From contig NC_043000.1 in NCBI RefSeq assembly GCF_006345805.1, forward strand, positions 63,426,001 to 63,490,000: 64,000 nucleotides of DNA, given 5' to 3'. The translations under genes were made by a program, and so were the position numbers. This DNA comes from Octopus sinensis. Lineage: Eukaryota. The notes beneath the pieces were generated by a model. It made no database searches and was not told the origin of the DNA. It worked only from the letters and a program-made list of their open reading frames with translations. Shown in pieces: positions 1 through 11,009 of this stretch (position 1 is its first letter; each line of letters starts with the position of its first letter).

Positions 1-2
1 GA

Positions 3-60
3 CAGTGGCGTAGCTAGAGTGTGTGCCGCTTGATGCAGACCTCGAGTTTGAGACCAAACA
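3..60 (+). mobile_element. hAT-type MITE terminus (left end only)
   Basis: Starts CAGTGGCGTAGCTAGAGTGTGTGCCGC, a hAT-like TIR. It aligns with the right end of the MITE at 11888-12132. No partner TIR found. Confidence 0.5.
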
Positions 61-300
61 CGTCGGGCTACCCAGTAGAAGCTTATAGAGTTAGACCCCA
101 AAGTGCCGGCCGACCCAATAAAAAAGCATCATTCGAAGCGTACGGCAGCTGGGGCATCATCTTTAAGGGTTTAGTCAATAATATGGACCCCAGTAATTCT
201 CTTTGAGTCTGATATACATTTTATCGACTCTATTTGTTCATCTGCTACATTATGGGGCATGAACATCAACACGGATTTTTAAAGCGTATAGCGTAAAGAC

Positions 301-345
301 GTGTATGTGTGTATACATGTGTATATATGTATGTATATATGTATG

Positions 346-407
<62 letters not shown>

Positions 408-540
408 TGCATGTATGTGTGTGCGCGCGCGTTGTGTATATATAAATGTATATTCAGTACGCGTGAGCGCACACACACACACTTATATACAGTACACACA
501 AATACACACTTGCGTATACATGTATACTCATATATGTCTT
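301..540. repeat. Compound microsatellite (TATG)n/(TA)n/(CA)n
   Basis: Seen directly. It produces the spurious YIHT/MYVC ORFs. Confidence 0.95.
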
Positions 541-563
541 TACACCATATGCTTAAAAATACG

Positions 564-1540
564 TGTTGAGGCTCGTACCCCTGTGGCGTACACTCCTTTT
601 TATTATATATACTTACATTCGAACGTAGCAGATAACAGCTAGCCTTTGGGCGCTGTTTGGACACCGTTGTATCCACTACTCTGATTGGTTAGTTTTGGCA
701 CAATACGTCTCTTACTCTGCCGCGCCAATCTGCAGCGTATAACCAATCGGAGCCCCTAAAAAAGATCACGTGAGACAACCTTTTTTTCAACCCCGCTGAG
801 CCTACTGTTCATTATAAATCTCATCTTCTCCTCGTCTCGCAGTCTTTGGTTCCAGACCTTTTAAGGTCTAGCTACTGACCACACAAGACACAGCCAGTTC
901 CTGCGACAATACCAGACGACGCGCCCAACAGCATTACGGCAACCTCTTTCTTTGTCGCCGCCATCATCTTGTTAACGTCGTCACCATCATTTCTACATAC
1001 ACACCAACCAGCAACTAACACAGGTTTCAATACAGCACTTCACCATGGTTAACAGCGGATGTACAACCTGCGAGAACTCCTGTGCAAGTGACCCTGGCAG
1101 CAGTATTACACCCACAACTTCACGTAAGACATGTACGGCAACCGGCTCTGCATCATCGCCGCAACTTCTTGATACAATATTTCAACTACCGCGTACAATT
1201 GACTACGAACTGATATTTTTCACTCTTGTGTCTATGAACATTTGTCGAACTTCTCATTATAGACTCTCTCACTGTTCTCTTCATTGTTGCTCTTACATAT
1301 AGTTAACGCATACGCGTACATCCATGTCTATACACACATACTCTTTGTTCTCATGATGGCCTGTCTACTATTCTGAATACATTGACGCACACACAAGTTA
1401 ACATATCAATAAAACCTCTCTCTTGAACATTCTGTTCGGTTGTATCTTTCTCTTTTCCCTTACTGGAACATTATATGCATTATTCCAACCTTCTGAACGA
1501 AGTCGTTATTAGATGGTATATACCACGCTTCACCACGACC
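564..1540 (+). mobile_element. Unclassified repeat, possibly a solo LTR
   Basis: Non-coding block richer in GC than its flanks. CCAAT/ATTGG boxes near 687, 726 and 744, CACGTG at 768, AATAAA near 1409. No TG..CA ends with a TSD could be fixed. Confidence 0.25.
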
Positions 1541-1548
1541 ATCTATGC

Positions 1549-1550
<2 letters not shown>

Positions 1551-1631
<81 letters not shown>

Positions 1632-1632
1632 T

Positions 1633-1729
<97 letters not shown>

Positions 1730-1730
1730 T
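1551..1730. repeat. (TA)n followed by (GATA)n microsatellite
   Basis: Seen directly. Confidence 0.95.
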
Positions 1731-1764
1731 TATCCAAAATGTACACTATCATATATATACATTA

Positions 1765-1858
1765 CGGCTGATCTTACCAATCGGTTTCGCGCAAGGAATA
1801 TAATGGAGTGTTAGGTAACAATTCGATTATATAACCTTACGCTCATCAGAGTTAACCG
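1765..1858 (-). ncRNA. Type I hammerhead ribozyme in the PLE 3' repeat
   Basis: Minus strand reads CGGUUAACU-CUGAUGA-GCGUAAGG..CCUUGCGC-GAAA-CC-GAUU-GGUA-AGAUCAGCCG. The core is intact, stem II is 8 bp, stem III is 3 bp, the cleavage triplet is GUA, and stem I is interrupted. Confidence 0.75.
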
Positions 1859-2194
1859 ATATGGAATGGGGTATGGCAACTGCTCTCTATTGTCGGAAGT
1901 GGATTAACACATCTGGTTTGCTTCTGCTGTGAAAAAGGGTGGTGAAACGAAAAAGGGCCAGGGGATAAGATTAGGAGTTATATCCCTTCGTTGGGTACGC
2001 TGTAAGGCCGGCAAGAGTTATCTTGAAGCGTTTGTGGGGAAAGTGTGCATTATTAAGTTTGTTGTTCCTGTAGGGATGGGGTGTGAGATATGTGTAGTGG
2101 TGTCATATGCATAATTTTTCCAGAGGTGTAGGTATATAGTTGTGTTCGTTGGTCTATTTTCTTTCTGCATTGGTTAAGGTCGTGGGGTGTTTTA

Positions 2195-2990
2195 TGTTAG
2201 CATGCAGTGTGGATACTTTTTAAAATTGCTCTCTTCTCAGCCAGGTACAACCTGCACTTTCTGCTGCTATTGAAGTACTGTTTGCATTTCTCCAGGATCT
2301 TCCATTTTATGCTGTATTCTGTGGCGCTTTCTTTCAAATGTGCTTGGCTAGGGTTGTGGCGTTACGTCTCTCCGGAATGTTGAAGGAGGACCCGTGGTTG
2401 TTAAAGCGGGTTCTGAAGTGGGGGGGGCCTTCCTTTTCCACTGCATACTTCCGCACGCTCGGTTGCCCGTTTGGTCCTATGGCTGTTACCTCTGCTTCGT
2501 ATACAACTGTCTCCGAGTTACAATGGCTGTTCAACAGACAAGTTGTGTTACCGCTGCATGAGCATCCTGCCTCTACCTCGGGTAGGCCTACCAACTAAAA
2601 TCTTTTTTTACACTAGGTGCACAGCAAAAGGATAATCTCAGGATATGTCTATTAAATAATTTGTTGAACCTATTAGTACGGGGGAAGTGTTTATCAGCAA
2701 AACTAAGAAATATCTTACCTACTCTAATCTTAACGTTTAAAGAGAAGGGCGGCGTGAACCACACTTTCCAGTGGCACCTTCTCTTGTGGGGGTGGGCTAG
2801 GGTCTGGCATGTAACTAATACTATCCTTGAGACCGCTGGCAGCCAGAGCCTGGTTGTAGTACGGGGCGGCAGCATCAAAGATTTCTTTCCTTGAAGATAA
2901 GCTGGCAATTCTCATGCTGACGCCATTAACCAGGTCCCTGAACACTGTGGCTGGATGGCAGGAACTTATATTAATGTATGATAGCTTCTC
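2195..2990 (-). pseudogene. Frameshifted PLE RT C-terminus plus GIY-YIG endonuclease
   Basis: Joins ORFs 2730-2945, 2588-2908 and 2334-2594 plus a downstream frame (KESATEYSIKWKILEKC). Several frameshifts, and a stop at KHI* where the family has KHIW. Confidence 0.85.
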
Positions 2991-2997
2991 TGCATCT

Positions 2998-3091
2998 CGG
3001 CCAACTCTGATGAGCGTAAAATTACATAATCAAGTTGTGACCTAACAATCCATTGTATTCCTTGCGCGAAACCGATTGGTAAGATCAGCCG
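2998..3091 (+). ncRNA. Type I hammerhead ribozyme in the inverted 5' repeat
   Basis: CUGAUGA at 3007-3013, GAAA at 3068-3071, ACC/GGU stem III, GUA at 3079-3081. Stem II is partly decayed. Confidence 0.7.
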
Positions 3092-3151
3092 TGATGAATA
3101 AATACTACTGTACATTTCGGATAACATACCCACTTTATTGACAGATATACG

Positions 3152-3378
3152 TATTTCTTTATTACCCACAAGGGGCTAAACACAGAGGGGACAAACAAGG
3201 ACAGACATAGGTATTAAGTCAATTAAATCGACCCAGTGCGTAACTGGTACTTAATTTATCGACCCCGAAAGGATGAAAGGCAAAGTCGATCTCGGCGGAA
3301 TTTGAACTCACAACGTAACGGCAGACGAAATACCGCTAAGCATTTCGCTCGGCATGCTAACGTTTCTGCCAGCTCGCC
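3152..3378 (-). mobile_element. SINE-A (tail A1), full length
   Basis: tRNA-like head (TGGCAGAAAC; GAGTTCAAATTCC) and body GACTTTGCCTTTCATCCTTTCGGGGTCGATAAA. Perfect 16-bp TSD TATTGACAGATATACG at 3136-3151 and 3379-3394. Confidence 0.92.
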
Positions 3379-3445
3379 TATTGACAGATATACGAGTGCA
3401 TCTTTTCCCTGACTTATCGTCTCTTAGACGACTGACGTGTGTGTG

Positions 3446-3533
<88 letters not shown>

Positions 3534-3553
3534 TGTGTGTGTGTGTATACATA

Positions 3554-3595
<42 letters not shown>

Positions 3596-3597
3596 AT

Positions 3598-3779
3598 GTT
3601 TCTTTATTACCCACAAGGGGCTAAACATAGAGGGGATAAACAAGGACAGACAAACGGATTAAGTCGATTACATTGACCCCAGTGCGTAACTGGTACTTAA
3701 TTTTATCGACCCCTAAAGGATGAAAGGCAAAGTCGACCTCGGCAGAATTTGAACTCAGAACGTAACGGCAGACGAAATA
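3598..3779 (-). mobile_element. SINE-A1, 5'-truncated
   Basis: Near-identical to the copy at 3152-3378. Truncated at TATTTCGTCTGCCG. Confidence 0.9.
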
Positions 3780-4589
3780 TATATATATATATATATATAT
3801 ATACTCACGCACACACACATGCATGTATGTATGCATGTATGTATGTGTGTATGTATGTATTAATGTATGTATGTATGTATGCATGCACGGATTAGAAAGC
3901 CAAGCTGGCGGTGAAATAAGAATCTTAAAGCATTTCTTATAAACTTTTAATTCGGGCAGAAGAAGAGAGGGAAGTTTCCTGATGGACCACTTCGCGATTC
4001 GTTGAGCGATCCTGGCAGAAGATGTTCCCAGTTTCTTTCCTTTATCAATAACATATAATATTCAGCTGCTATATAAAGCAGTCAAAGTCGTAAATAAGGT
4101 TAGTGCAATAGTGAATAGCTTAATTTGTGTATTTGAGGAGAAGATAATGTAGGACAATTGTTGCATCGATGACACCTATTCAGGCAGAAACATCTGTAGC
4201 GGCACAAACAGTCACTTATCGTCTTATGTGTGTTCAGAATATCAAACTGTATTTTCCTGAATGACATGCAGGTTTTGGAGAACTTTGATTCTTGAGCTTA
4301 TCTCCTCTTTTCATCTATAGATAGGTCCTATTATCACCACGCGATTGGTCTTCTCTTATTGAAAGCAGAAATAATCTAAATGATTCAAGAATTCTAAAAG
4401 TTATCTTGTATGGTATTTAATGTACCCTTATTGGGTTTTGTTGTTCACAACTATGTCACTTGCCACTCTGAGTTTAATTTATTTCATTTCGCTTATTTTT
4501 ATTTTATTCATATACACTTGTATATTACGCACCACAGTCTACCGCACAGTTTCCACCTACCAAATTTCAGCTACCAGGCATTTATGAAC

Positions 4590-4710
4590 CCACACTATAA
4601 TAAAATATACTTGCCCAAGATGCAATGCTTGATAATAAGACCGAACCTGAAACCATGTGGATTACGAAATGACGTTTTAACTACTCAGCCATGAGGGCGA
4701 ATGCGTATGT
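4590..4710 (-). mobile_element. Degenerate SINE-B head
   Basis: CTTGCCCAAG..GAACC..CCATGTGG..ACTCAGCCA matches the reverse complement of the B head. Confidence 0.55.
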
Positions 4711-4768
4711 GTGGGGCGAGTGGATACAACTGTGTACATGCATATATATATATATATATATAAATTAT

Positions 4769-4878
4769 AGGACTGACCACTAAATACTTATATATGCTAA
4801 ACATAGACGTCAAATCGCCAATGGTGATTTGACGTCTATGCTTAGCATCTAGGCTGTCCACATTTAGTGGTCAGTCCT
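4769..4878. mobile_element. Collapsed palindromic MITE
   Basis: Outer 17-bp IR AGGACTGACCACTAAAT/ATTTAGTGGTCAGTCCT. Inner 26-bp IR (24/26 match) with a 1-nt loop. Confidence 0.75.
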
Positions 4879-5017
4879 CTAAATTTTGTATGTAGCACAA
4901 TTTCTAATCTTCGGTTTTTAAAAAATATGCTAAGCCACTGAATTTAATTGATTAGTATCAATTTCTACCCTTATTAAATTATATATATATATATATATTA
5001 TATATATATATATAATA

Positions 5018-5051
<34 letters not shown>

Positions 5052-5210
5052 TTACAAATAAGAAAATGGAGAACAGATTCATTTCAATCATCGACTTACA
5101 GATATTACCAAATACTTGCACATACACGCACACATACAAAGGAGTAAGTAGCTGGAGGTGATTTATTTGAAACAGATTCCATTGCAGATTGTTACGAATG
5201 AATAAAATAC

Positions 5211-5498
5211 TGGCACTCCGTCTGTCACGACGATGAGTATTCCAGTTTATCCTACTCACGAAATTAAGGTGCAAGTTGCTGAGCACTCCCCAGACATGCG
5301 TATCCTTAACGTAGTTCTCAGGAGGATTTAGCGTGACACAGAATATGACAAGGTTGGATCTTTGAATAACAAGTACAACTCATTTTTGCCAGCTGAGCGG
5401 TTTTTCTCAAGGACACAAGGCGCCGTCAGGAATCGAACTCACGACGACATTACGATCGTGAGCTCGAATACCCTTATCACTAAACCACGCGCCTTCAC
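5211..5498 (-). mobile_element. SINE-C (CORE-like, tail C2) with an internal deletion
   Basis: tRNA head (reverse complement of GCGCGTGGTTTAGTG..GAGTTCGATTCC) and CORE-like CTTGAG. Same tail as the copy at 21875-22186. Confidence 0.85.
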
Positions 5499-6043
5499 TG
5501 GATGAATAAAGAAGAAAAGAGGATGTCGAAAGGGGGTTGTCGCTGGTAGATAGTAAAACTTGGAGTTATCCACTTCAAATGTTTTTAATTGTTCCATAAG
5601 TAGCTGTTAGATTAATGATGCTTTTGTTTCTATTCTGCATTGTTTACAATGATTTAGATATTGTTTATTGTTAGCATTCTTCTGACAGTTATTGTCACTC
5701 CTTGATTCTATTGTTATGGTTGTTAATGATAATAAGGCAGCGGATTTTCAGGTTTACCCGCCCTCTCTTAACAATTCAACCAATCATGAGTTTTTCTTCA
5801 AATATACTCACCCACACATTCAGAAGCAAAAAGAAAAAAAAATGTATTTCCGTGTCACGGACACCTCGCTATATGAGTGTACAAGCATAAAGAAGTTGCG
5901 AAGTAAGACCATTGATTTTAAGATACGCTCTGTAATTTCACCCTTACGGAATTTTTAGAAAACTACTTTCTTCCAAACCAAAAGGCCGCTTCTCAGCGTT
6001 TCAGCTAAGATCAAAGCACAATAATTAATTTATATGAACTATA

Positions 6044-6213
6044 GGCGCAGGAATGGCTGTGTGGTAAGTAGCTTGCTTACCAACCACATGGTTCCGGCCG
6101 GGTTCAGTCCCACTGCGTGGCACCTTGGGCAAGTATCTTCTACTATAGCCTCGGGCCGACTAAAGCTATGTGAGTGGATTTGGTTGACGGAAACTTAAAG
6201 AAGCCCGTCGTAC

Positions 6214-6282
<69 letters not shown>

Positions 6283-6331
6283 ATATATATATTTATTTAT
6301 ATGTATGTATATATTTATATATGTATTTATA

Positions 6332-6386
<55 letters not shown>

Positions 6387-6549
6387 ATATATATATATAT
6401 TTGTGTGTGTGTCTATGTTTGTCCCGTTCCCCCAACATCGTACTAGGCTTACAAAGAATAAGTCCTAGGGTCGAATTGCTCGACTAAAGGCGGTGTTCCA
6501 GCATGGCCGCACTCTAATGACTGAAACAAGTAAAAGAGTAAAAGAGTAT
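6044..6549 (+). mobile_element. SINE-B, full length, with an internal (TA)n microsatellite
   Basis: Head TGGCTGTGTGG..GGTTCAGTCCC, CORE-like ACCTTGGGCAAGT, a (TA)n/(TG)n block, then a 3' half ending CCAGCATGGCCGCA..GACTGAAACAAGTAAAAGAGTAAAAGAG. Confidence 0.9.
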
Positions 6550-6575
6550 AATCAAGATAGATATGCACTTACATA

Positions 6576-6768
6576 CGAGAGGCTACTGGAAAATTTCCTG
6601 GTTTTGGATAAAAGAAAATACAGGGGGATCTGTTAATCATGATTTTATGCAGATCCACATACTTATTGCAAGGGTTCTTCAGTTTTTCTAAGCCCTGTTC
6701 GAAGGTTGGGTCTCCAACCAAGCCTTTCACGACACCATTAAAGCCAGGAACTTTTCAGTACCTCCTCG
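6576..6768. mobile_element. Mariner-derived MITE
   Basis: Ends TA-CGAGAGGCTACTGGAAAATTTCCTGG and CCAGGAACTTTTCAGTACCTCCTCG. A second copy lies at 30470-30671. Confidence 0.8.
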
Positions 6769-6769
6769 T

Positions 6770-6836
<67 letters not shown>

Positions 6837-6966
6837 CGCGCGCACCACTATAACTTCGGTGTGTGAGATGGAATCTTTTACTGCGAATATTTGTGCGTTT
6901 CTATTATTTTATCGAGAATATATGCGCGTATATAAATATATATTACATGTATATTATATATATATA

Positions 6967-7041
<75 letters not shown>

Positions 7042-7080
7042 TATATATATGTATGTATATAGATATACAATGATATATAT

Positions 7081-7190
7081 ATTGGCCTACTCGCTTAGCC
7101 AGCGGGGTGGCGTCATTCAAAGGCTAAAACAATGCGAACGCATTGTGACCAGCGATGTGTAACAACATCTGATGGTCTGGTCGGTCACGT

Positions 7191-7196
<6 letters not shown>
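7081..7196 (+). mobile_element. SINE-C tail C3 fragment
   Basis: TTGGCCTACTCGC..AAGGCTAAA..ACATCTGATGGTCTGGTCG matches the reverse complement of 7787-7900. Confidence 0.7.
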
Positions 7197-7261
<65 letters not shown>

Positions 7262-7682
7262 CTTTTTACTCTTTTTACTTGTTTCTGTCATTTGACTGCG
7301 GTCATGCTGGAGCACCGCCTTTAGTCGAGCATATCGAGCCCAGGACTTATTCTTTGTAAGCCTAGTACTTATTCTGTCGGTCTCTTTTGCCAAACCGCTA
7401 AGTTACGGGAACGTAAACACACCAGCATCGGTTGTCAAGCGATGTTGGGGGATGAACAGACATACAAACACACACACATACATACATACACACATGTATA
7501 TACATATATACATATACATATACACGACGGGCTTCTTTCAGTTTCCGTCTACCAAATCCACTCACAAGGCTTTGGTAGGTCCCAGGCTATAGTAGAAGAC
7601 ATTTGCCCAAGGTGCCACGCAGTGGAACTGAACCCTTAACCATGTGGTTGGTAAGCAAGCTACTTACCACACAGCCAATCCC
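7262..7682 (-). mobile_element. SINE-B, full length
   Basis: Both halves plus an internal (CA)/(TACA) microsatellite. Confidence 0.9.
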
Positions 7683-7725
7683 ATATATATATATATATAT
7701 ATGTGTGTGAGTGTGTGTGTGTATG

Positions 7726-7780
<55 letters not shown>

Positions 7781-7786
7781 TATATA

Positions 7787-8022
7787 TCATTGTATCGACC
7801 AGACTATCGGATGTTATTATACACCATTGTTCACACCACTTTTCATCGCATGATTTAGCCTTCGAATCTCCGCCGATTGGCTGGGCGAGTAGGCCAACAT
7901 TTGCTCTGAATGAGACGCCAGTCAGGTCGCAAGTGGACTTGAGCAATGTGAAATGAAGTGCTTTGCTCAAGAACGTAACACACCACTGAACTGGGAATCG
8001 AAATCACGATCTTGAACGCCTT

Positions 8023-8025
<3 letters not shown>
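7787..8025 (-). mobile_element. SINE-C (tail C3), head partly deleted
   Basis: CORE-like GTGAAATGAAGTGCTTTGCTCAAGAAC shared with C1 and C2, but a different tail. Confidence 0.75.
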
Positions 8026-8053
<28 letters not shown>

Positions 8054-8278
8054 TCATCTATGTACTATACTTAATGTATATACACTGTTAATAGGCCAGT
8101 TACTGCAGTATTCATCCCGAGATGAATATCAGGAGACACAAATCACCCCACCAACGACCAGCTATTTTCATTTAATGCTACCTCAATTACAGATACCACG
8201 CGCGCGCGTGTGTGTGTGTTTGTGTGTGTGTGCGTGTGTGTGCATACATACATGCATGCATATATATATATACATAGA

Positions 8279-8358
8279 CATCATCATCATCATCATCATC
8301 ATTATCATCATCATCATCATTATCTTCATTATTATTATTATTACTATTATTGTTGTTG

Positions 8359-8430
<72 letters not shown>
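8279..8430. repeat. Compound trinucleotide array (CAT)n(TAT)n(TGT)n(TAT)n
   Basis: Seen directly. Confidence 0.95.
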
Positions 8431-8431
<1 letters not shown>

Positions 8432-8673
8432 ATAACAGACCTTCATCAACGTTAACACAACCACTAACAGTACCAAAATCAATACAACCGCCGCCATTAC
8501 CGACCCCTTAATACTCTAACAGCCATCACCAACAGTAACGATATTATGAAAGAGTGAAGTAATGGGCTGGTCAGGAGTACTGCATGATTATAGTTAATGG
8601 TTCATGGACATTTCATAGTTAGAGTTTCTGATTTGATACATAAAGCTCAACCACTCTACTCACATTCATGCAT

Positions 8674-8729
<56 letters not shown>

Positions 8730-9098
8730 ACACACACACACATCACTCACACACACACACACAGTCGCACAAACATGCACACATATAACGTTGTGTTGAC
8801 ACACAGCATATGAAGCTACAGGCATTGCTATCATACAGATATTATTATATTGTTGCCTGTTATTCAAAAGTTGGTAGATTGATAGTGGTAGTGGTATTGG
8901 TTGTATTGGTTGTATTGCTATCGGTGATGGTGGCGATGGTCATGGTGGGAGTATTGTTGGTAGACGCAGTTAATTGTACTGTCGTTGTTTACTCACAAGT
9001 CAATCTTCATTGCTCTAAGATCAAAAACATTTCATCCAATTTTTAAAATACACCAGAATACAAAAATATCTCGTGTGCTTGTCTTTTATTTTAGATGA

Positions 9099-9154
<56 letters not shown>

Positions 9155-9925
9155 TAGATAGATATTCATTCTGACCCAAGAAAATATAGACGCACGCACT
9201 CACAAATAGTCAGCGAAAAATTGCACCTCAGACTTAGTTTATAGTCACGCGTGCACACACACACACATACACATGCATGTATGTATGTATGTATGTATGT
9301 ATGTATGCATACATGTATGTATGCATGCATGTATGTATGTATGCATGCATGCATGCATCGTGCATCTTTCAAATTGTTAACTAGTTCGATCTTAGCTAAA
9401 ACATCGAGAAGAAGCCTTTCATGTAAGAAGAAAGCGTAGTTTTTAAATTGTTAAAATTTATCTGAGTTTCCGTAATGGCGAAATTACAGAACGTATACCG
9501 AAATTAAAGGTCAAATAAAATATTTTTCCTTTATGCGAAATCCCATAACACACCAACACGCCAGAGGTTATAGCTGAAGGCACTTGCCCAAGAGGTTGAA
9601 ATCAGAAGCATGAGGTTGGAAAGCAAAATACTTACCACAAAGCCAAACATGTGCCTATATGTAATTCTAATCATTTTAGCCTTTTATTTTATTTTGGCCT
9701 TTAAGACATATGCTTCAGCCTTCTTGTAGCCTGATTTAAGTAAAAAATAATGATATTATTCAAAATCATAAATATCAACCGTGGTTACTCTATACGTAAC
9801 TGCTGTTTTCTGTGCTAATGAAATATATTTTGTCTCCTGTTGCTAACTCTAGTCTGGTATTGTAATGAATACATTTTCATGATAAGTCAACACAATAGAT
9901 TTATATACGTATACATACATATATA

Positions 9926-10008
<83 letters not shown>

Positions 10009-10404
10009 TATATATATATATATATATCACAACAATATCATATCACTAATGTATGTAAGCTTAGATGAGATATTATTTAACCTGTGTTGGCGTGAGAGAC
10101 ATTTAGCTGGCATACCAACATATTCTATTCTTCCTTTTTAAAATATCGACTGATAACGCTAGCTGTTCCTTTGGTTAGTGGAAAGAAATTATCGATCGAT
10201 GTGTCCCGATAAATATGTAATTATATTTACATCTGCTTTGAGGAATATATTTTCAAGTTCTTAAACTCTGTTTCATGTTTTATCACCAAGACAATGTCGC
10301 AGTCCAAAGTATTTTATTTATCATGCATGATTTATGGAACACTTTTGTGATAACTTGCCACAAAAGTTCATATCGGGCACTTGCATGTCTAATAATTTTC
10401 CTCT

Positions 10405-10415
10405 GCGTACCTATG

Positions 10416-10450
<35 letters not shown>

Positions 10451-10600
10451 TGTCCCCTGTAACTTAGCGGTTAGGTAAAAGAAACCAATAGAAGAAACCA
10501 GGCTTAAAAATAATAAGTACTGAGGTCGATTTGTTTGATTAAAACCCTTCAAAACGGTACTCCAGTATGGCCGCAGTTCAATGACTGAGACAAGTAAAGC
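10405..10600 (+). mobile_element. SINE-B 3' half
   Basis: (TG)n, then TTTGTCCCCTGTAACTTAGCGG..CCAGTATGGCCGCAGTTCAATGACTGAGACAAGTAAA. Confidence 0.8.
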
Positions 10601-11009
10601 ATCAGATCACTGATTATTGATCAAAATATTATATAAGCTGCATTTACAAAATAGTGATGAAATTTTGAAATGTATTCAAAATAAAAGACATTTTGAGACA
10701 GGAATGTGAATGTTTCATAAAAAGACGGAGTAAAGTGTCGACAGCACACTGATTCTGGTATGTAAATGAAAGAGAAATGTATCATATATTAAATGAACAG
10801 TATTCCACGAAGACTGGAGAGGAAGTTCCTCTAAGTTCTTAGGAGCAAAATTTATAAATATCGGCATGTAAAAATAGGGAGATGCAAAACAATGAAAAAC
10901 AAGACAAAATTAAAAAAACACTTTGTTTACACAGTTATCTGATTCGTGCTTATTAGAGCTATCATGGAACAAAAAACTAGGAATGTTATTTTATCATTTA
11001 TTTTTATGA

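Larger units (their letters stand above)
1727..3130 (-). mobile_element. Penelope-like retroelement (probably Naiad clade), 5'-truncated, with an inverted terminal repeat
   Basis: Minus-strand frames give the PLE RT C-terminus (SYINISSCHPATVFRDLVNGVSMRIASLSSRKEIFDAAAPYYNQAL; WFTPPFSLNVKIRVGKIFLSFADKHFP) and a GIY-YIG-type EN (CSCSGNTTCLLNSHC..VVYEAEV..FRTRFNNHGSSF..YSIKWKILEKC..CRLYLAEK). Segments 1727-1865 and 2993-3128 are inverted copies of each other. Confidence 0.9.

Noticed and set aside
266-676. Long ORFs rich in YI, YIHT, MYVC, CV, HT, RE, LS, poly-I or poly-H, here and throughout the window
   Set aside because: They are translations of (TA)n, (TATG)n, (CA)n, (GA)n, (GATA)n and (CAT)n microsatellites, which lack stop codons in some frames.
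2334-2340. In-frame TGA in the PLE endonuclease as selenocysteine
   Set aside because: It aligns with the conserved Trp of KHIW, not a Cys, and coincides with a frameshift.
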